This document shows, piece after piece, positions 46,167 to 51,059 of a stretch of 51,059 nucleotides of DNA. The DNA is from Candidatus Woesearchaeota archaeon (GTDB lineage: Archaea; Nanobdellota; Nanobdellia; Pacearchaeales; GW2011-AR1): NCBI GenBank assembly GCA_964437455.1, contig CAYTGG010000002.1, forward strand, positions 1-51,059, written 5' to 3'. The number at the start of each line of letters is the position of its first letter. The first letter of the stretch is position 1. The translations under genes were made by a program, and so were the position numbers. The notes beneath the pieces are model-generated. The model made no database searches. It saw nothing but the letters and a program-made list of their open reading frames with translations, and was not told the DNA's origin.

Positions 46167-46556
46167 ATGGAAAACAAAAAAATAAAATTTAAAATTTTTA
46201 ATAAAAATTCTTTAAAAGAGAATAATAAAGCGAATCTTCCAATAACTATTTTTGTAATAGGTGTTATCGCAATTTGTATTTTAACAATCTTTAGTTTTGT
46301 TTTTTCTATTGGAAAAATTTCCTCAAAGAATTGGGGTTTTGAATTGATGGAAGAAGTAAAAGTAGATTTGGAAAAATTTTATTTTTATAAAAATATTGGC
46401 TTCTCAGATGAAGAATCTGCAGAGAAAATTAATGCAAGAGTCTTAGAAGAAGAAATTGAAGGAGAATTAGAAGAATATTTAATTATAAAAAAGAGCTCCG
46501 GAGAAATCGCTAAAGATAGGGTTTTAGTTACTTATAAATTTGCTTTGAAGAGATAA
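46167..46556 (+). CDS. pilin-like/single-TM protein (129 aa)
   Basis: A 22-aa basic leader ending NKA, then NLPITIFVIGVIAICILTIFSFVF; 1-nt gap after the upstream gene. Confidence 0.55.
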   Translation: MENKKIKFKIFNKNSLKENNKANLPITIFVIGVIAICILTIFSFVFSIGKISSKNWGFELMEEVKVDLEKFYFYKNIGFSDEESAEKINARVLEEEIEGELEEYLIIKKSSGEIAKDRVLVTYKFALKR

Positions 46557-46590
46557 TAAACTTTATAAATAAAAAAAACATAGTAACTCT

Positions 46591-47007
46591 ATGAATAAAA
46601 GAGGACAATCATTAAGTACCAGTGCAATTATTCTTATTATATTAGGAGTGGTCATATTAGTAATTTTAATTTTAGGATTTAGTATGGGTTGGGATAAAAT
46701 TGCTCCTTGGATTAATAATCAAAATAATGTAGACACGATAACTCAACAATGTGCAATTGCTTGTAATACAGGAAGTGTTTATGATTTTTGTGGTATGGAA
46801 AGAACATTAAAAGATGGAGATACTGAGATATTAGCTACTTGTTATACTCTTTCTTTAGATGAGAATCTTAAGAAATATGGAATTGAAACATGTTTTTTTG
46901 ATTGTAAGAAATCACAATCTTTAAAGTGTAGTGACTGGAAATATTTTAAGAATGGGAATAGTGAAGAGGTAACATTCGAGGATAAATCTAAATATTGTAA
47001 TCAATAA
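46591..47007 (+). CDS. pilin (138 aa) with canonical archaeal class III signal KRG|QS, 8-Cys ectodomain
   Basis: MNKRGQSLSTSAIILIILGVVILVILILGF; its own intergenic spacer upstream makes it a candidate major pilin. Confidence 0.7.
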   Translation: MNKRGQSLSTSAIILIILGVVILVILILGFSMGWDKIAPWINNQNNVDTITQQCAIACNTGSVYDFCGMERTLKDGDTEILATCYTLSLDENLKKYGIETCFFDCKKSQSLKCSDWKYFKNGNSEEVTFEDKSKYCNQ

Positions 47008-47089
47008 TTTTGTGTCTAATTTTTAAAATCTATAGAGGAGTCTTTTATTATTCCAAAAATATTTAAATTTCTTTTTTCTATTATTTATC

Positions 47090-47206
47090 ATGGCAAAAGG
47101 AGATTTAGAACAGAGAAGAAAAAAGAAGTATAAGAAAAAAGAAAAGAAGAAATATCCTTACAAAAAAGGTGGAAAATATAGAAGTACAGAGATTTCTAAA
47201 AAATAA
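47090..47206 (+). CDS. hypothetical very basic peptide (38 aa)
   Basis: MAKGDLEQRRKKKYKKKEKKKYPYKKGGKYRSTEISKK; the only ORF in a 280-bp gap; could be non-coding. Confidence 0.25.
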   Translation: MAKGDLEQRRKKKYKKKEKKKYPYKKGGKYRSTEISKK

Positions 47207-47288
47207 CACTTCTAAAAATTTACTTTCTTTAAGGTTCTAATATTATTTAATCACTATTTTTATAAATCTGATTTCTTTTTATTTAATT

Positions 47289-48143
47289 ATGTATGAGGTG
47301 ATTTTTTTAATAATAATTGGAATAATCTGGTTTATTTTTGCCAGTATCTCAGATTTAAAAAAAAGAGAAGTAGCTAATTGGGTTAGCTTTTCTTTAATTA
47401 TCTTTGTTTTAGGATTTAGATTATTTTATAGTTTATTTAATAATAATTTCAATTTTTTTTATCAAGGTCTTTTTGGACTTGGAATTTTTTTGATATTAGC
47501 TAATCTTCTTTATTATGGAAGAATGTTTGCAGGAGCTGATGCGAAATTAATGATTGCTCTGGGAACTATTTTACCTTTCTCTGAAAATTTCTTGATAAAT
47601 ATTAAAATCTTTGTTTTATTTTTTATCTTATTTTTATTTGTTGGAGGAATTTACGGATTGTGTTGGTGTTTTAGCTTAAGTTTTAGAAATTTTAGAAATT
47701 TTAGAAAAGAATTTTATAGACAATTTAAAAATAATAAAAAATTATTTTATTCAGTTATACTCTTAGGTTTATTCTTAATGATATTGGGATTTTTTATGAA
47801 TATAACTCTTATATTTTATTCTGGAGTTCTTTCATTTATCCTCTCTTATTTATTCTTGTATACTAAAGCTGTAGATGAAAGTTGTATGATTAAGAAAATT
47901 CCAACAAAGAAATTAACTGAGGGAGATTGGCTTTATAAGCCTATTAAAGTAGGAAAAATCAAAATAAAACCTTTATGGCAGGGACTTTCTAGAAAAGATA
48001 TATATCTTCTAAGAAAATATAAAAAAGAAGTTAGAATAAGAGAGGGAATTCCTTATGTTCCAGTTTTCTTATTTAGTTTTTTAATCTTAATCTATATTTA
48101 TTACTCTAAACTATCTCTTATTCTATGGAATTCTATTTGGTAG
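47289..48143 (+). CDS. prepilin/preflagellin peptidase (A24 family, PibD/FlaK/EppA-like)
   Basis: First catalytic Asp context SISDLKKREVANW and second FAGADAKLMIALG (GxGD-like), in a polytopic membrane protein. Confidence 0.8.
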   Translation: MYEVIFLIIIGIIWFIFASISDLKKREVANWVSFSLIIFVLGFRLFYSLFNNNFNFFYQGLFGLGIFLILANLLYYGRMFAGADAKLMIALGTILPFSENFLINIKIFVLFFILFLFVGGIYGLCWCFSLSFRNFRNFRKEFYRQFKNNKKLFYSVILLGLFLMILGFFMNITLIFYSGVLSFILSYLFLYTKAVDESCMIKKIPTKKLTEGDWLYKPIKVGKIKIKPLWQGLSRKDIYLLRKYKKEVRIREGIPYVPVFLFSFLILIYIYYSKLSLILWNSIW

Positions 48144-48749
48144 TTTAATTTCTAATTTCTCACTCTTTAATTTCTTTTTCTTAATCTCTTTTTTATTAGG
48201 CTTTTTTTCTAATCTTCTTTGAACTTTTTCAAGTTCCTCTTTATTTGTAGAATATCTCTGAGAATTTAGAGTTTCATTTTTGTAAATTGGAAGAATATTT
48301 ATAACACCATGTCCTGCTAAATTTGATAGAGAGATATTTATATCTCTTGGCTTTAATTTTGTTTTAATCTTCTTTGCAATCTTTTTTGTTAATGAAAAAA
48401 CATTCTGAGAGACTTCTTCAATTAATTTATGTTCTTTAGATATAACTAAAACATGTCCTTCTGAAATAGGATTTATCTCTAGAATAGCTATAGCATCTTT
48501 GTTTTCATCTATTTTATATGAAGGAATTTCTTTTTTAATAATTGAACAGAAAATACATTTGTTAGGTTGTTCTTTCTCTAGATTCTGATCCTTTATTAAA
48601 TTATTTTGAATAAGAAATTCTTCAAGTTGAGAATTTTCCATTGATTTAATTCTATCAATTGCTGTTTTCTTTTTATTTTCTGGAAAAGTAGATTCTATTT
48701 GCTGAATTAATTGTTTCTTAATTTGCTCTTCTTGTTCTTTATCTATCAT
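48123..48749 (-). CDS. HIT-family-like protein with N-terminal helical extension and degenerate histidine triad
   Basis: CIFCSIIKKEIPSYKIDENKDAIAILEINPISEGHVLVISKEH is the HIT fold N-half; the triad position reads GHGVINILP rather than HxHxHxx. Confidence 0.65.
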   Translation of the reverse strand: MIDKEQEEQIKKQLIQQIESTFPENKKKTAIDRIKSMENSQLEEFLIQNNLIKDQNLEKEQPNKCIFCSIIKKEIPSYKIDENKDAIAILEINPISEGHVLVISKEHKLIEEVSQNVFSLTKKIAKKIKTKLKPRDINISLSNLAGHGVINILPIYKNETLNSQRYSTNKEELEKVQRRLEKKPNKKEIKKKKLKSEKLEIKLPNRIP

Positions 48750-48810
48750 AGTATCTCCAATTAAAAAGAACTTTTATATTTATTTATACTAATTTTCTAT
48801 TTATAAGAGA

Positions 48811-49083
48811 TTATCCAAAAGCTCTTCTCATATCTATTATTTCTGCAGAATTAACATTCTCTATTTTTCTTAAAGATTCTTCTATTGGCTCAAGAGGAGA
48901 AGATTCATCAATTTCAAAACTCACAATTATTGCTTTTAATCCAAATGCTATTGGCTCTTCTTCAAAATTACAATTTTCTCCATTACCTTCTCCTATTAAT
49001 TCTTCAGCTCTTTTTTTTATTTCTTCTAAATCTGTTTCAGGAGAAATTGGCATTATCTTTATTTTTATTAGTGCTATTCCCAT
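48811..49083 (-). CDS. ef1b: translation elongation factor aEF-1 beta
   Basis: MGIALIKIKIMPISPETDLEEIKK..., EEEPIAFGLKAIIVSF..., AEIIDMRRAFG; 90 aa. Confidence 0.9.
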   Translation of the reverse strand: MGIALIKIKIMPISPETDLEEIKKRAEELIGEGNGENCNFEEEPIAFGLKAIIVSFEIDESSPLEPIEESLRKIENVNSAEIIDMRRAFG

Positions 49084-49168
49084 ATTTTAATCTTAATTTT
49101 TTAATTTATAAATTTTCTTGTTTATTCTAAACAATAATTCTTTTAAACTATCTTAATTCTTTTAGTAT

Positions 49169-50125
49169 ATGGAAGGGAACTATGAAAGGATAATAAAAAA
49201 AATTTCTGAATCTTCTGGTTTGGAAAAAGAGGAAATAGAAAGAAAAATTGAAGCTAAAAAATCAAAATTATCTGGATTTATTAGTAAAGAAGGAGCTGCT
49301 CAAATTATCGCTGCAGAACTTGGAATAAGTTTTGAAGATGAAAAACTCAAAATTGAAGAATTATTACCTGGAATGAGAAAAGTTAATGTAACCGGAAAGA
49401 TAATTAATTTATCTCCAATAAGAAAATTTACAAGTCGTCAAGGAGAAGAAGGCAAGGTATCTAATTTTATTTTAGCTGATAAAACATCAAATATAAAAAC
49501 AGTTTTGTGGGATGTTAATCATATAGCATTAATTGAAAAAGGAGAAATTAAGGAAAATAGTGTAGTTGAGATATTTGGAGGTAGCATAAGAAACAATGAA
49601 CTTCATCTGGGAAGTTTTTCTGAATTAAAATTAATTAATGAAGATATAGGAGATGTTAGAACAGATAGAATAGTTAAAGAAAAAAGTATTTGTGATTGTA
49701 ATATCTCTGATAATGCGAAAGTTCGAGCTTTTGTAGTTCAGATGTTTGGACCAAGATTTTTTTATGTATGTCCAGAATGTAGAAAAAAAGTTGTTTCAGG
49801 AGAAGATGGTTTTATATGTCAAGAGCATGGAAAAGTTATACCAGAAAAAAGAGCTTTAATAAATGTAGTATTAGATGATGGAACAGAAACTATTAGGGCT
49901 GTTCTTTTTAATGAAACTATCTCAAAATTAGGATTTAATGATCTTGAGGATTCTAATAATATTCTCCAACAAAGAGATGAAATTTTAGGTAAAGAAATGT
50001 ATTTTTATGGAAGTATAAGAAATAATAAGTTTTTTAATAATTCTGAGTTGATTGTAGAAGAGATCCAAGAAACGAATATTGATGAACTGATTAAAAAATT
50101 AGAGAATCTTGATAAGTTAATTTAA
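49169..50125 (+). CDS. rpa: replication protein A-like ssDNA-binding protein (OB folds + zinc ribbon)
   Basis: N-terminal helical domain, OB-fold region VNVTGKIINLSPIRKFTSRQGEEGKVSNFILADKTSNIKTVLWD, Zn motif CPECRKKV...CQEHG. Confidence 0.65.
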   Translation: MEGNYERIIKKISESSGLEKEEIERKIEAKKSKLSGFISKEGAAQIIAAELGISFEDEKLKIEELLPGMRKVNVTGKIINLSPIRKFTSRQGEEGKVSNFILADKTSNIKTVLWDVNHIALIEKGEIKENSVVEIFGGSIRNNELHLGSFSELKLINEDIGDVRTDRIVKEKSICDCNISDNAKVRAFVVQMFGPRFFYVCPECRKKVVSGEDGFICQEHGKVIPEKRALINVVLDDGTETIRAVLFNETISKLGFNDLEDSNNILQQRDEILGKEMYFYGSIRNNKFFNNSELIVEEIQETNIDELIKKLENLDKLI

Positions 50126-50146
50126 GAAGATTTAAATAATATATTT

Positions 50147-50752
50147 ATGATTTACTTTATGCTATTAAAAAGAGATCAGATTCCAATACTTATTTTCACT
50201 TTAATTTATTTAATTATTTTCTCACTTGTATTTTTCTTTAGAAAAAATTATGAATTTATAATGTATGTTGGAGTTATATTATTCTTCTTTTTTGTTATAC
50301 TTCTTACAAATAAAAAAGTAAATTATCCAAATATTGTTCTTTGGGGATTGAGTTCTTGGGGCCTATTACATATGTGTGGAGGAGGAATTCTGATTAATGG
50401 AGATGTGCTTTACAAATTGATTTTAATTCCTCTATCATCAACATATGAAATTTTAAAATATGACCAATTTGTTCATATTGTAGGTTTTGGTATTGCAACT
50501 CTTGTTATGTATGTATTACTAGAACCAAAGATAAAGAAACCAATAAAAAAATGGATTTCTATTTCTATAATTGTCATAATGGCTGGATTAGGTGTTGGTG
50601 CTATTAATGAAATTATAGAATTTATAGCTGTAATTATTCTGCCTGATACAAATGTTGGAGGATTTATGAACATGTCCTTGGATTTAGTTTCTGATTTAAT
50701 TGGCGCATGTTTAGCAATGATTTACATTAGAATTAAAAAAGGAAAAATATAG
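50147..50752 (+). CDS. membrane protein (possibly DUF2238/YjdF-like)
   Basis: 5-6 TM; YDQFVHIVGFG and NEIIEF...DLVSDLIGA faintly recall YjdF-type proteins; the start may be ATG 50159. Confidence 0.55.
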   Translation: MIYFMLLKRDQIPILIFTLIYLIIFSLVFFFRKNYEFIMYVGVILFFFFVILLTNKKVNYPNIVLWGLSSWGLLHMCGGGILINGDVLYKLILIPLSSTYEILKYDQFVHIVGFGIATLVMYVLLEPKIKKPIKKWISISIIVIMAGLGVGAINEIIEFIAVIILPDTNVGGFMNMSLDLVSDLIGACLAMIYIRIKKGKI

Positions 50753-50786
50753 AAATTTATTTAAAAATAATTTTACTTTAGGTAAT

Positions 50787-51059
50787 ATGGAAAAGAATCA
50801 GGATAAAGAGTGGAGTAAATTTTTTATTGTGTCTTTTGTTTTAATTTTATCAATATCTCTTATTTCTGCTTTTTCTTTTTCAGATTTTTGGAATAAAATT
50901 ACTGGAAAACCAATTGATTCTGGTTCTTGTTCAACTTATTCTTATATTACACCTATAGACGCTAAAGCGAGCAGTGAATATTCTAGTGCATATTCTGCTG
51001 ATAAAACAATTGATGGTATAATTAAATACAATTATTGGTTTACTAGGTATAATTCTCCT
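50787..51059 (+). CDS. secreted protein, N-terminal part (3' end outside window), discoidin/F5-8 type C-like start
   Basis: Signal/anchor KFFIVSFVLILSISLISAFS; AKASSEYSSAYSADKTIDG...YW resembles the opening motif of F5/8 type C domains; open to the window end. Confidence 0.55.
   Translation, partial: MEKNQDKEWSKFFIVSFVLILSISLISAFSFSDFWNKITGKPIDSGSCSTYSYITPIDAKASSEYSSAYSADKTIDGIIKYNYWFTRYNSP

Overview
AT-rich (roughly 30% GC by eye), tightly packed archaeal chromosome segment. The archaeal gene content, many tiny lysine-rich proteins and short overlapping genes suggest a DPANN-type (Pace-/Woese-/Nanoarchaeota-like) organism; that is inference, not a search result. All family calls come from reading motifs by eye, with no database or HMM search. 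Layout: (1) 1-5247: FtsX permease fragment, L21e-Rpo4/F-DUF655, then S13-S4-S11-Rpo3/D-tRNA-Leu(CAA)-L18e-L13-S9. (2) 5250-10800: accessory-looking block on the opposite strand with an HNH/recombinase-domain fusion, a XerA-like tyrosine recombinase, iteron-like repeat arrays and two convergent coiled-coil+wHTH paralogs whose linkers are DNA microsatellites. (3) 10800-17879: a textbook archaeal origin (inverted ORB-like boxes around an AT-rich repeat-filled DUE) followed by orc1/cdc6 and both PolD subunits. (4) 17932-24710: membrane proteins and a 4-kb cassette of secreted/anchored proteins, bracketed by ~45-bp direct repeats with a relic gene fragment beside it. (5) 24776-35341: housekeeping genes (TyrRS, DRG GTPase, MPG glycosylase, Rmt/ArmA-like 16S rRNA methyltransferase, M16 peptidase, agmatinase-family enzyme, LigT, split Hef helicase and nuclease). 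(6) 38197-48143: a type IV pilus-like locus with a large ATPase, a polytopic platform protein, about 10 small pilin-like/TM proteins and a prepilin peptidase. It includes an unusual in-frame array of hairpin-forming tandem repeats at the 5' end of one pilin-like gene. (7) 48123-51059: HIT-like protein, aEF-1beta, RPA-like ssDNA-binding protein, a membrane protein and a partial secreted protein. No rRNA genes, CRISPR array or recognisable IS element were seen.
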